NCBI RefSeq assembly: GCF_988242995.1
Contig: NZ_OZ547043.1
DNA length: 64,000 nt
Reading direction: 5' to 3' (one strand)
The translations under genes and the position numbers were made by a program. Every line of letters begins with the position of its first letter. Position 1 is the first letter of the stretch. The notes under the pieces are model-generated. The model saw nothing but the letters and a program-made list of their open reading frames with translations, did not search any database and was not told the DNA's origin. Shown in pieces: positions 42,909-55,976 of the stretch.

Positions 42909-43579
42909 CAGCGCAATTCGAACAGATAGCCCTGGCCGCGAACGGTGGTAATCACTTCTTGCGGATATTGTGCCTGTATTTTTTTGCGCAGACGTCCCAT
43001 CAGTACATCTATGGTATGACTTTCCCGCAGCTCCGCATCCGGGTAGAGTTGTAGCATTAACGAATCTTTGCTGACCACTTTGCCATTATTGCGTATCAAC
43101 GTTTCCATGATGGTGTATTCGAACGCGGTCAGTTTGATCACTTCGTCATTAATAGATAATTCACGGCGGGAGAGATCAACCTGAAACGGGGGTAGCGAAA
43201 TGACCTGTGAAGCCAGACCGCTATTACGCCGCATTAATGCCTGCATTCGCGCCATCACCTCTTCAATATGAAACGGTTTAGTCACGTAATCATCAGCACC
43301 GGCACTTAATACTTCGACTTTGTCCTGCCAGCTTTCACGGGCGGTTAATACCAGAATCGGCAGTGAAACATCATTGCTACGCCAGCGGCGTATCAGTGAC
43401 AGACCGTCCTCGTCAGGCAAACCGAGATCGACAATCGCAATATCCGGTAAATGTTCATTGAGATAATAATCGGCTTCTTTGGCATCTTCTGCGTCATCGA
43501 CCTGATGACCAGCATCCTGAATCTGAACTTTAAGATGGTGACGTAACAACGCATTGTCTTCAACAACCAGTACGCGCAT
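42908..43579 (-). CDS. phoP: response regulator PhoP (OmpR family)
   Basis: 223 aa; MRVLVVEDN receiver N-terminus. Confidence 0.96.
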   Translation of the reverse strand: MRVLVVEDNALLRHHLKVQIQDAGHQVDDAEDAKEADYYLNEHLPDIAIVDLGLPDEDGLSLIRRWRSNDVSLPILVLTARESWQDKVEVLSAGADDYVTKPFHIEEVMARMQALMRRNSGLASQVISLPPFQVDLSRRELSINDEVIKLTAFEYTIMETLIRNNGKVVSKDSLMLQLYPDAELRESHTIDVLMGRLRKKIQAQYPQEVITTVRGQGYLFELR

Positions 43580-43640
43580 TTTTTATTTCTCCCTGTCTTA
43601 ATTATTAAAATAGTGTAACGCGATTATGTGGTTATGGGGG

Positions 43641-43657
43641 TAAACATTAAATAAACC
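43641..43657 (-). promoter_or_regulatory. PhoP box of the autoregulated phoPQ promoter
   Basis: minus-strand GGTTTATTTAATGTTTA (hexamer direct repeat with 5-nt spacer) about 60 bp upstream of the phoP ATG. Confidence 0.8.
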
Positions 43658-43748
43658 AGCGGGGAGGGGAGGTAAAGTGAAAAAAGAAAAAGTGGATAAT
43701 CTTAATAAGCAGGCCGGACAGCATCGCCATCCGGCACTGTTTTGAGGC

Positions 43749-45122
<1,374 letters not shown>

Positions 45123-45764
45123 TCACAACTCCGGGGTTAAATGAGCAAGAATTTGTTTTGCCTGAGTGGTCAGGCGATTACGAGAAAACATCAGTTGCAG
45201 ACGTCCGCCGCCAACCTGGTGCCAGAGCACGGCGGCGCGAATGCCTGCCAGCAGGGTTGCGCGAACTTTCGCCTGCACTTGTGGGCTTTGCAGTACAGCA
45301 GGGGAACCGGTTACCTGAATGCGCGGGCCAAGCGGGCTAATCACATCAACATAGATAGCAGCCATCGCGCTCATCAGCGTTTCGGACTGTAAATCGAAGT
45401 GTTCGAGCTGGCGTTGCAGGCCGTTGATCCGGTTGCCCAGAGTGTCGAGCGCACCTTTCGCTGAGGAGAGTTTGCGCTCAAGCACCATCAGGCTGAGTGT
45501 GTAGCGGGTTAACTCAGCGTTTAAGCCCTGGCGACTGCTGGCATTGAGCACGCCGAGCAAGGTTTCCAGCCCGACGCGCAGGTTGGCTTCGCTGCCGCCA
45601 AAAACCGCCAGCGTCGAGCTGGGATTCATATCAATAATACTGTTGAGTGAGACGTGTAGCGCATCGGCATCACAATGCCCCTGGTGAGCGAGTTGTTGCA
45701 CCAGGCGTGCCGACTGACAAATACCGGCTAGGGCGAGGGTGATGTCATAGTAATTCTTTGCCAC
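45123..45764 (-). CDS. hflD: high-frequency-lysogenization protein HflD
   Basis: 213 aa from GTG start; synteny mnmA-hflD-purB. Confidence 0.88.
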   Translation of the reverse strand: MAKNYYDITLALAGICQSARLVQQLAHQGHCDADALHVSLNSIIDMNPSSTLAVFGGSEANLRVGLETLLGVLNASSRQGLNAELTRYTLSLMVLERKLSSAKGALDTLGNRINGLQRQLEHFDLQSETLMSAMAAIYVDVISPLGPRIQVTGSPAVLQSPQVQAKVRATLLAGIRAAVLWHQVGGGRLQLMFSRNRLTTQAKQILAHLTPEL

Positions 45765-45799
45765 GTTCACTGCTTCCTTGTTTTAAGTAAAGATAATAA

Positions 45800-47421
<1,622 letters not shown>

Positions 47422-47430
47422 TTTGCGTCC

Positions 47431-48084
47431 TTAATCTGTCGCTTCTCGCCATTCGCCGTTGGCAAGATTATCCAAAGAGTAATCACCCATCGCATAGCGA
47501 ATCAGTCGCAGCGTGGGGAAACCAACATGGGCGGTCATGCGGCGCACCTGGCGATTACGTCCTTCATATAAGGTGATCTTCAGCCAGCTGGTGGGAATAC
47601 TTTTGCGTTCACGAATTGGTGGATTCCGCGGCCATAACCACGCGGGTTCGTCAACCAGCTCTACGCCTGCGGGCAGGGTAGGGCCATCATTTAAGGTTAC
47701 GCCATTGCGCAAGGCTTCAAGTGCGTCTTGTGTGGGAATACCTTCCACCTGCACATAATAGATTTTTCCGGTGCGTTTACCCGGCTGGGTTAAACGCGCC
47801 TGCAACGCGCCGTTATTGGTCAGCACCAGTAACCCTTCGCTATCGCGGTCAAGACGACCTGCTGCATAAACGCCCTGAACCGGGATGAATTCTTTTAATG
47901 TTTTGCGTCCGGCTTCATCGGTGAACTGCGGAAGAACATCGTAGGGTTTATTGAACAGGATCACGCGCGTGGGCTGGTTTTCAGGTTTACGCCTGGTAGA
48001 ACGTTGCGAGCTGAATCGCTTAACCTGGTGATTTCTAAAAGAAGTTTTTTGCATGGTATTTTCAGAGATTATGAATTGCCGCAT
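47431..48084 (-). CDS. rluE: 23S rRNA pseudouridine synthase
   Basis: 217 aa; RsuA/RluE family with catalytic [11 protein letters not shown] motif. Confidence 0.9.
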   Translation of the reverse strand: MRQFIISENTMQKTSFRNHQVKRFSSQRSTRRKPENQPTRVILFNKPYDVLPQFTDEAGRKTLKEFIPVQGVYAAGRLDRDSEGLLVLTNNGALQARLTQPGKRTGKIYYVQVEGIPTQDALEALRNGVTLNDGPTLPAGVELVDEPAWLWPRNPPIRERKSIPTSWLKITLYEGRNRQVRRMTAHVGFPTLRLIRYAMGDYSLDNLANGEWREATD

Positions 48085-48255
48085 TATAGCCTAATAACGC
48101 GCATCTTTCATGACGGCAAACAATAGGGTAGTATTGACAAGCCAATTACAAATCATTAACAAAAAATTGCTCTAATGCATCCGTATCGCAGGACGCAAAC
48201 GCATATGCAACGTGGTGGCAGACGAGCAAACCAGTAGCGCTCGAAGGAGAGGTGA

Positions 48256-49506
48256 ATGGAAAGTAAAGTAGTTGTTCCGGCACAAGGCAAGAAGATCACC
48301 CTGCAAAACGGCAAACTCAACGTTCCTGAAAATCCGATTATCCCTTACATTGAAGGTGATGGAATCGGTGTAGATGTAACCCCAGCCATGCTGAAAGTGG
48401 TCGACGCTGCAGTCGAGAAAGCCTATAAAGGCGAGCGTAAAATCTCCTGGATGGAAATTTACACCGGTGAAAAATCCACACAGGTTTACGGTCAGGATGT
48501 CTGGCTGCCTGCTGAAACCCTTGATCTGATTCGTGAATATCGCGTTGCCATTAAAGGCCCTCTGACCACTCCGGTTGGTGGCGGTATTCGTTCTCTGAAC
48601 GTTGCCCTGCGCCAGGAACTGGATCTCTACATCTGCCTGCGTCCGGTACGTTACTATCAGGGCACCCCAAGCCCGGTTAAACACCCTGAACTGACCGATA
48701 TGGTTATCTTCCGTGAAAACTCGGAAGACATTTATGCGGGTATCGAATGGAAAGCAGACTCTGCCGACGCTGAGAAAGTGATTAAATTCCTGCGTGAAGA
48801 GATGGGCGTGAAGAAAATTCGCTTCCCGGAACATTGCGGCATCGGTATTAAGCCGTGTTCTGAAGAAGGTACCAAACGTCTGGTTCGTGCAGCGATCGAA
48901 TACGCAATTGCTAACGATCGTGACTCTGTGACCCTGGTGCACAAAGGCAACATCATGAAGTTCACCGAAGGCGCGTTTAAAGACTGGGGCTACCAGCTGG
49001 CGCGTGAAGAGTTTGGCGGTGAACTGATCGACGGCGGCCCGTGGCTGAAAGTTAAAAACCCGAATACCGGCAAAGAGATCGTCATTAAAGATGTGATTGC
49101 TGATGCATTCCTGCAACAGATCCTGCTGCGTCCGGCTGAATATGATGTTATCGCCTGTATGAACCTGAACGGTGACTACATTTCTGACGCTCTGGCTGCA
49201 CAGGTCGGCGGTATCGGTATCGCCCCAGGCGCAAACATCGGTGACGAATGCGCCCTGTTTGAAGCCACCCACGGTACTGCGCCGAAATATGCCGGTCAGG
49301 ACAAAGTTAATCCTGGCTCTATTATTCTCTCCGCTGAGATGATGCTGCGCCATATGGGCTGGACTGAAGCCGCAGACCTGATTGTTAAAGGTATGGAAGG
49401 CGCAATCAACGCCAAGACCGTAACCTATGACTTCGAACGTCTGATGGAAGGCGCTAAATTGCTGAAATGTAGCGAGTTTGGTGATGCGATCATCAAGAAC
49501 ATGTAA
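48256..49506 (+). CDS. icd: NADP-dependent isocitrate dehydrogenase
   Basis: 416 aa; uninterrupted; C-terminus ...FGDAIIKNM differs slightly from the remembered K-12 e14-derived end. Confidence 0.96.
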   Translation: MESKVVVPAQGKKITLQNGKLNVPENPIIPYIEGDGIGVDVTPAMLKVVDAAVEKAYKGERKISWMEIYTGEKSTQVYGQDVWLPAETLDLIREYRVAIKGPLTTPVGGGIRSLNVALRQELDLYICLRPVRYYQGTPSPVKHPELTDMVIFRENSEDIYAGIEWKADSADAEKVIKFLREEMGVKKIRFPEHCGIGIKPCSEEGTKRLVRAAIEYAIANDRDSVTLVHKGNIMKFTEGAFKDWGYQLAREEFGGELIDGGPWLKVKNPNTGKEIVIKDVIADAFLQQILLRPAEYDVIACMNLNGDYISDALAAQVGGIGIAPGANIGDECALFEATHGTAPKYAGQDKVNPGSIILSAEMMLRHMGWTEAADLIVKGMEGAINAKTVTYDFERLMEGAKLLKCSEFGDAIIKNM

Positions 49507-49529
49507 TCTCTACATGTGTTAAATATTGA

Positions 49530-49560
49530 AACGGGCGTATAACACGCCCGTTGTTTTATT
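49530..49560 (+). terminator. rho-independent terminator of icd
   Basis: hairpin aacgggcgtat-a-acacgcccgtt followed by gttttattt. Confidence 0.7.
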
Positions 49561-49608
49561 TATGTGGATATTATTAATATCATGTCGAGAATATTTATAT
49601 GAAGACCA

Positions 49609-49932
49609 TTACTTGAGTCCATATGGGCATATTTTTATAATACAACTATTATGTAAACATTTATTTGTTATTTCGCTTTCTCCTGGAGGACACTCTTGAC
49701 TGCTTTTGAGTAAACTCCATAAATCCTTGTTGAATGGTGTGATGTTATAAATAGTAATAGGGTATTCTTTATCCTTAAAGATAATACCAGACTTAACCGG
49801 TGTAAATATACTTCCAGGAGTGAGAAATATAGTAGGTTGATACCAGATGATCATTTTCATATCACCCCATATGGCTGAAAAAGATATACCGCATGTAGGT
49901 TGAATTACCGTGTCAATTACTATCCACTTCAT
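49609..49932 (-). CDS. iraM: anti-adaptor protein IraM (stabilises RpoS by inhibiting RssB)
   Basis: 107 aa beginning [19 protein letters not shown], matching remembered IraM; AT-rich locus. Confidence 0.75.
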   Translation of the reverse strand: MKWIVIDTVIQPTCGISFSAIWGDMKMIIWYQPTIFLTPGSIFTPVKSGIIFKDKEYPITIYNITPFNKDLWSLLKSSQECPPGESEITNKCLHNSCIIKICPYGLK

Positions 49933-50377
49933 TTGTTATGTCTTATCCCACGGTATTTAATATGGTTCATTAGGATGTTTATTTCTTGATTTTGCATATG
50001 AGTATATTACCCCCTCAAAAAACAAATTAATTAAAAATTAAAACCATTGTTTATATAAAACAAAATTTAAAGCAAGAAATCTCAATAGATATTAAACAAA
50101 ATGAGATTTAGTGAAAACATTAAATTATTCACTTCGTTTTAGATTTGTTTAGCTAAAATGTTATACATTCAAATGACTGAACATCCTGTAATTAAAACAT
50201 AGCCTTTATACTACTTTGTGCCAATTTGCTAAACATTATGGTTGGCCTTTTTATATAACGATAATGACGAATATAAGCATGACATGAGAATAAGGTTTCA
50301 ATTTTTTAGTTATATAGGAATGGTTTAACCCATTCCTGGCTAAAATACATATAACCGGATGATGACTAAACCAAAAC

Positions 50378-50426
50378 ACATGTGCGTTAAGTATTGAAAC
50401 GGGCGTATGGCACGCCCGTTGTTTTT
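50378..50426 (+). repeat. second, imperfect copy of the icd 3'-end terminator segment (direct repeat of 49512..49557)
   Basis: acatgtgcgttaagtattgaaacgggcgtatggcacgcccgttgttttt versus acatgtgttaaatattgaaacgggcgtataacacgcccgttgtttt after icd. Confidence 0.8.
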
Positions 50427-51138
50427 GTGCACAGAAAACCCCCAGCTAGGCTGGGGGTTCCGGAAAGCTTTCAGCTTTGAGCCAGTTATTAAAACCCCTT
50501 TTGATTTGTTAAAACACTTTGCGGTCTGGCAACTGCAAGTGTCAAACAAGAAATCAAAAGGGGGTCCCAATGGGGAACGAAAAGAGCTTAGCGCACACCC
50601 GATGGAACTGTAAATATCACATAGTTTTTGCGCCAAAATACCGAAGACAGGTGTTCTACAGAGAGAAGCGTAGAGCAATAGGCAGTATTTTGAGAAAGCT
50701 GTGTGAGTGGAAAAGCGTACGGATTCTGGAAGCTGAATGCTGTGCAGATTATATCCATATGCTTGTGGAGATCCCGCCCAAAATGAGCGTATCCGGCTTT
50801 ATGGGATATCTGAAAGGGAAAAGCAGTCTGATGCTTTACGAGCAGTTTGGTGATTTGAAATTCAAATACAGGAACAGGGAGTTCTGGTGCAGAGGGTACT
50901 ACGTCGATACAGTGGGTAAGAACACGGCGAAGATACAGGATTACATAAAGCACCAGCTTGAAGAGGATAAAATGGGAGAGCAGTTATCGATTCCCTATCC
51001 GGGCAGCCCGTTTACGGGCCGTAAGTAACGAAGTTGGATGCAAATGTCAGATCGTGTGCGCCTGTTAGGGCGCGGCTGGTAAGAGAGCCTTATAGGCGCA
51101 TTTGAAAAACCTCCGGCTATGCCGGAGGATATTTATTT
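50427..51138 (+). mobile_element. IS200-like element (IS200/IS605 family), copy B, about 712 bp
   Basis: sequence-identical to copy A at 21824..22535; same orientation. Confidence 0.88.
50570..51028 (+). CDS. tnpA: IS200/IS605-family Y1 (HUH) transposase TnpA
   Basis: 152 aa; identical translation to the copy-A transposase. Confidence 0.9.
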   Translation: MGNEKSLAHTRWNCKYHIVFAPKYRRQVFYREKRRAIGSILRKLCEWKSVRILEAECCADYIHMLVEIPPKMSVSGFMGYLKGKSSLMLYEQFGDLKFKYRNREFWCRGYYVDTVGKNTAKIQDYIKHQLEEDKMGEQLSIPYPGSPFTGRK

Positions 51139-51347
51139 ATAAATATGTTAACCGCTATAAAATAACGTATCAAAAGTCAAGTAATCACATTTCAAATATC
51201 AATTTGATAGTATTGGCCTGGTGATTATTTATGGGTGGCAATAAAAAGATAGTATATATCATCCATAGGGATAGTCTCTGCACTTTTATTTCCATTATGC
51301 TAATGTCTTACTGAATTATGAAGCATTTCTTAAGCTTCCAACTTTAG

Positions 51348-51752
51348 CTAGATTAATGGTTTATTGTTTTCTACATCTTCAATATATAAAAGCGTATTAT
51401 CAATGGCGTAGTAACTGCGTTTGTTATGATTAACATCAGTAACCCACCGGAAAACGCCCGCGTCTGCCAGTGTTGAACAGTATTCCCGAAATGTTGATTT
51501 TCCGCAAATATGAAGCAATGCGGCCTCTTTTATTTTAGCAGGGTTCTTGGTCGTACTAACTTTTAACAGGTTCCTGGTTCCTCTTAATAACAAAACCGTG
51601 TCATCGTGAGTAATAATTCTGATGTTATCCGTAGCCAGATAATAAATGTAATGTGCAATACGGTGATGTTTTAATTCTGAATAAAACCAGGAGAAGTTTT
51701 GCTCTTTTCTCACTTGCTCAAACATCTTTTGAAAAACAACAACCTGATCCAT
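51348..51752 (-). CDS. ycgX: DUF1398-family protein YcgX
   Basis: 134 aa; position between iraM and bluR. Confidence 0.7.
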   Translation of the reverse strand: MDQVVVFQKMFEQVRKEQNFSWFYSELKHHRIAHYIYYLATDNIRIITHDDTVLLLRGTRNLLKVSTTKNPAKIKEAALLHICGKSTFREYCSTLADAGVFRWVTDVNHNKRSYYAIDNTLLYIEDVENNKPLI

Positions 51753-51972
51753 CAGGATAATAACCTCTTGTTAGTTGTGAGACTGCGTAGTGTGCACGAT
51801 CGGTTTTACCACTTCAATCTGGTCTGTCCTTTGGCTGTGATATGTACAAAGTGTGAAAGGGGGATTACCTGAATTCTCCCGGTGAGCATTTTGCAACGGA
51901 CCAGCTCCGGTACAAACGCTGTTGTGGGTTCAGATTATAAGATTCTGTCTAAGGGGCGGGATAAAGGTAAAA

Positions 51973-52704
51973 TTAGGGGGCATGAAAGATGACTTTATAA
52001 CCTTGCTCACCCCAGTGTTGTAAAAGTTCGTTTTGCCTTCTCGTTGGTGCCATGCCTGTCCAGACAATCAATGTTTGCGTTGGGAACAGTTCCGGGCGCG
52101 GCGATTCAATGGGATCAGCAAGAACAGAAATGTGCCATCCTGACAATGATAAACGCCATGCTTCCAGCCACAATCGTGCTCTCTCTTCAACATTCCACGC
52201 CATCAGAATGGCTTCTTTACCGGGCTTACGGCGCATTTCGAAAAGTGAGGCTGCTGCGTATTCAATTAATGCGCCGTCAAACATACTGCTCATAATGCGG
52301 GAGGTGTTGTGATCAAGCACGAGACGCTGACGAACAGGAAGGTAAACATGATTAATCAATTGATCTACCGGGTACTCTCGACCCAGTGAAATAATTCTCG
52401 CGCGTAGTTTGGCAGGATTAGCCATACGAAGAATTGACATCATCTCTTCTTGCAGGCGGCTCCAGTCATCTTCCGTATCCTGGCTGGTGGTTTCCAGTAA
52501 TGCTTTAACTTTGCCTACAGGGACGCCATTACTTATCCAACGCTTGATCTCTTCGATGCGTTGTATGTCTTCTTCATCAAAGAGTCGGTGTCCGCCTTCA
52601 CTGCGCTGTGGTTTTAACAAACCGTAGCGGCGTTGCCAGGCCCGGAGAGTGACAGGATTAATCCCGCAACGTTCAGCAACATCACCAATGCTGTAATAAG
52701 CCAC
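51973..52704 (-). CDS. bluR: MerR-family transcriptional repressor BluR
   Basis: 243 aa; N-terminal Mer[33 protein letters not shown]. Confidence 0.88.
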   Translation of the reverse strand: MAYYSIGDVAERCGINPVTLRAWQRRYGLLKPQRSEGGHRLFDEEDIQRIEEIKRWISNGVPVGKVKALLETTSQDTEDDWSRLQEEMMSILRMANPAKLRARIISLGREYPVDQLINHVYLPVRQRLVLDHNTSRIMSSMFDGALIEYAAASLFEMRRKPGKEAILMAWNVEERARLWLEAWRLSLSGWHISVLADPIESPRPELFPTQTLIVWTGMAPTRRQNELLQHWGEQGYKVIFHAP

Positions 52705-52908
52705 AATTCCTCCTTGCGGTCACAAATCTCCGTCGCCTGTACACGACCCAATAATACTTTGTACAATATACGCTAAAATTGTACAAAGTATAAATAAGAT
52801 TTCAGCTAAATTGAATGAAACATTATTTTTAATGTGGATTAAATTTAAACATAACGTATTCATTTTCACGATGATTTACTGAAATTATGTGAAATAATAT
52901 GCTGAAAA

Positions 52909-54120
52909 TTATTTTTTCTCTGGCCACGCAACTGAAGGGATACCATTCAATTTAGCTTTCGCAAACAGATCTCCCTGAAACATCTCAATTCCTGCAGATT
53001 CAAGCCACATCCACTCTTCTGGTGTTGCCACGCCCATAGCAGAGACTTGAATTTCAAGTGATGTACAGCATTTCATGATCGCCTGAATAATTGCCTGTCG
53101 TGGTCCGCTTTTATGAACATTGGTAATCAATTCCTGACTGATTTTAATTCTGTCAGGCTGGAAGCGTGACAGGAGTAACAAACCAGCAAAACCTGCGCCA
53201 AAATGATCAATTGCTACACTGATACCGGCAGCCTTTAGCGATTTAACCGCTTCGGCAAACTCATCAAACCGAGATATGACTTCACTTTCAGTAAATTCAA
53301 CGATGATTTGTTCAGGCACCAGACCATTGGCCTTTATTTCATCAAGTAAAAAAGAGACTGCGTCAGGCTCGTTAACCAGGGTCATAGGTAATAGATTGAT
53401 TGATATCATTTTATCACCGAGCTCAAGTGCGTGTGCCATCGCGAATGCAAGCGCCTTACTTTTGAGATCCGCTTTGTAGATTTCCCCGTCTTTACGCTGC
53501 CCAACCGCTATAGCTGATGGGCTATCTTCATTTTTTTGCACAATGGCTTCAAAAGCGATTATCCGCCGCGATAAGGGATCGACAATAGGATGAAAGGCAA
53601 AGTGGTCGTTTATAGTTGGTGAAAGGGTACAGGAATCAAGTTCTTTATCAGATCCGTCAGCGATAAAAAGCCAGGAGTCTTCGGCAGGGATCTCGAAATA
53701 GGTTGCTTGTTCGGTTGCAAGGACAAAAGTACGAAAAAATTGTAGCGCTCTGTCATCATAAGTTAGCTGAAATTTTGATGTGCCTTTGTCGAATACGGCC
53801 TGTAAAACGTCATCTCGCTCGTGCAGGCGCAAATCAAATAATTCCATTCCCGCTTTGCCAAAACGGCGAGCAGGCGCGTAATCGCACATCAGCTCAACAA
53901 TATTATAGTGCCGTGGATCCTGGCATATAGCCCGATATATCATTTTAACCTGTTCTTCCGGACCTTCCAGAAGCTGGAAAAAATGAGAACCATTAAACAG
54001 TAAGATCCCTGTTACGTCAGACTGCATGTTCCTGCGATTTGCTATCGAAACCATTTCTTCGATTTTTTTGACAGGTTCGTCGTCACGTATATGGCTACGA
54101 TAAATAAGGGTGGTAAGCAT
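52909..54120 (-). CDS. bluF: blue-light sensor BLUF-EAL protein BluF (anti-repressor of BluR)
   Basis: 403 aa from MLTTLIYRSH start inside ORF 52909..54198; N-terminal BLUF and C-terminal EAL-like domain. Confidence 0.88.
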   Translation of the reverse strand: MLTTLIYRSHIRDDEPVKKIEEMVSIANRRNMQSDVTGILLFNGSHFFQLLEGPEEQVKMIYRAICQDPRHYNIVELMCDYAPARRFGKAGMELFDLRLHERDDVLQAVFDKGTSKFQLTYDDRALQFFRTFVLATEQATYFEIPAEDSWLFIADGSDKELDSCTLSPTINDHFAFHPIVDPLSRRIIAFEAIVQKNEDSPSAIAVGQRKDGEIYKADLKSKALAFAMAHALELGDKMISINLLPMTLVNEPDAVSFLLDEIKANGLVPEQIIVEFTESEVISRFDEFAEAVKSLKAAGISVAIDHFGAGFAGLLLLSRFQPDRIKISQELITNVHKSGPRQAIIQAIMKCCTSLEIQVSAMGVATPEEWMWLESAGIEMFQGDLFAKAKLNGIPSVAWPEKK

Positions 54121-54433
54121 TAACTGTCCAGGGTAATGGGAGAGGCGAGAGTAAGACGGTAACAGACATATCTTCCGGTGTCTTTCTTTTAATACCAAAA
54201 CATAACTGTTTCTTTACATTGATAAAAAATGGAAAAAGTTGAAGATGAGTTAGCGAAAATTCTTGTATAGGTTGTCATTTAAATGATGCAATATTTTTTA
54301 TCATAACCTGTTGTTTTATATGTATTAGCACTAAATGCAAAAAATTAATTTATCATTCTGTACACATATTTCGTACAAGTTTGCTATTGTTACCTCACTT
54401 AACATTGATTAACATTTTTAACAGAGGCGTAGC

Positions 54434-54670
54434 ATGCATCAAAATTCAGTGACTTTAGATTCTGCGGGAGCAATCACTCGTTACTTTGCAAAAGCTAACT
54501 TGCCTACTCAGCAGGAAACTCTCGGGGAAATTGTGACTGAGATTTTGAAAGATGGACGTAATCTGAGTCGAAAGTCGCTTTGTGCCAAACTTCTATGCCG
54601 ACTGGAACAAGCGACAGGGGAAGAGGAACAGAAACATTATAATGCACTAATTGGGTTGCTTTTTGAATAA
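54434..54670 (+). CDS. ycgZ: small regulatory protein YcgZ
   Basis: 78 aa; first gene of ycgZ-ymgA-ariR-ymgC cluster divergent from bluF. Confidence 0.82.
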   Translation: MHQNSVTLDSAGAITRYFAKANLPTQQETLGEIVTEILKDGRNLSRKSLCAKLLCRLEQATGEEEQKHYNALIGLLFE

Positions 54671-54712
54671 TGCAACAGCCTGATTATTTAACAGGTTAGC
54701 TATGAAGTCGTT

Positions 54713-54985
54713 ATGAAGACATCTGATAATGAAAGTACAAAATATGAAATTACTGGCCAGGCGGTGCTCCATATACTGCGCATGAAGATAAATTTTTCGT
54801 TGCAGACTCTTATTAAGCAATTACTCGTAATGAAATCGGCTGAGGAAAATGCTTTCCGACGAGATTTAATTGACAGCATAATTCGTGATTTTAGCAACAG
54901 TGATACAGGAGAGCCAAACAGAAGAACAGCGATAGCTGACAATAAAAGTATGTTCAATGGTAAGAAAATAAACAGAATACATTAA
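54713..54985 (+). CDS. ymgA: small regulatory protein YmgA (Rcs connector)
   Basis: 90 aa; synteny. Confidence 0.8.
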   Translation: MKTSDNESTKYEITGQAVLHILRMKINFSLQTLIKQLLVMKSAEENAFRRDLIDSIIRDFSNSDTGEPNRRTAIADNKSMFNGKKINRIH

Positions 54986-55013
54986 AATTTCATAAGTAAG
55001 ATGAGAGGTTACC

Positions 55014-55280
55014 ATGCTTGAAGATACTACAATTCATAATGCAATAACTGATAAAGCGTTATCAAGCTACTTTCGTAGTTCAGGTAATTTGTTAGAAGAA
55101 GAGTCAGCTGTGTTAGGGCAGGCTGTGACCAATTTAATGCTTTCAGGCGATAATGTTAATAATAAAAATATTATCTTAAGTCTGATACACTCTCTGGAAA
55201 CAACAAGTGATATTCTCAAAGCTGATGTGATTAGAAAAACACTGGAAATCGTGTTGCGATACACAGCTGATGATATGTAA
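55014..55280 (+). CDS. ariR: acid-resistance/biofilm regulator AriR (YmgB)
   Basis: 88 aa; paralogous to ymgA; synteny. Confidence 0.8.
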   Translation: MLEDTTIHNAITDKALSSYFRSSGNLLEEESAVLGQAVTNLMLSGDNVNNKNIILSLIHSLETTSDILKADVIRKTLEIVLRYTADDM

Positions 55281-55392
55281 CTTTTAAATATTAAGTATAA
55301 GTTTATAGAAAACTCAGTCATCTTATTTTTGTCTGTCGCTTTAGACTATACACAGCATAATTTTATTGGGTCAATATTCCTACGAGGCTGAC

Positions 55393-55641
55393 ATGAATAA
55401 TTCAATCCCCGAGAGATTTATTTTTCAATGTGCTTTGTTTAAAAATCTCGAGAGGGAGGTGCTCATGACGCACGGGTATGTTGATAGTCATATTATTGAT
55501 CAGGCTTTACGCTTGCGTTTAAAAGATGAAACTAGTGTGATTCTTTCTGATCTCTATCTGCAAATCTTGCAGTACATTGAAATGCATAAGACTACACTAA
55601 CGGATATCATTATTAATGACAGGGAATCAGTGCTCTCTTAG
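55393..55641 (+). CDS. ymgC: small protein YmgC
   Basis: about 82 aa from internal ATG of ORF 55366..55641. Confidence 0.7.
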   Translation: MNNSIPERFIFQCALFKNLEREVLMTHGYVDSHIIDQALRLRLKDETSVILSDLYLQILQYIEMHKTTLTDIIINDRESVLS

Positions 55642-55976
55642 AACTTGAGTAAGGTTATAGAATAAACATCAGCTGTATCATCATGCTGGTGCAAAGTGAG
55701 CATTTCAGGCGTTATGCTTTCTTAATATATCCGCAATATCAGGGGGCAAACAGGAATGGAGAGCGCTCGTTTTCCATTCTTGACGCCTGATATCCCACCT
55801 AATTTGTTTAATTCTGACTACATTGTGCTCAATAATTAATAGGTTAGATGAAGATGGAGAAAATTTTATCTTCGGCGTGGATATTTCTTATGCTCTCTAC
55901 CATGCTCTCTGTAGATGCCAGTGCGAGCGAATGAATGGCATTTTCATGTATTAAACCCTTTGGCCGGGACAAGCAA

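Noticed and set aside
50300-50340. Hairpin ggaatgg-tttaac-ccattcc upstream of the icd-like repeat as a terminator or small-RNA element
   Set aside because: It is not followed by a T-tract and has no flanking promoter-like context I could identify; too weak to call.
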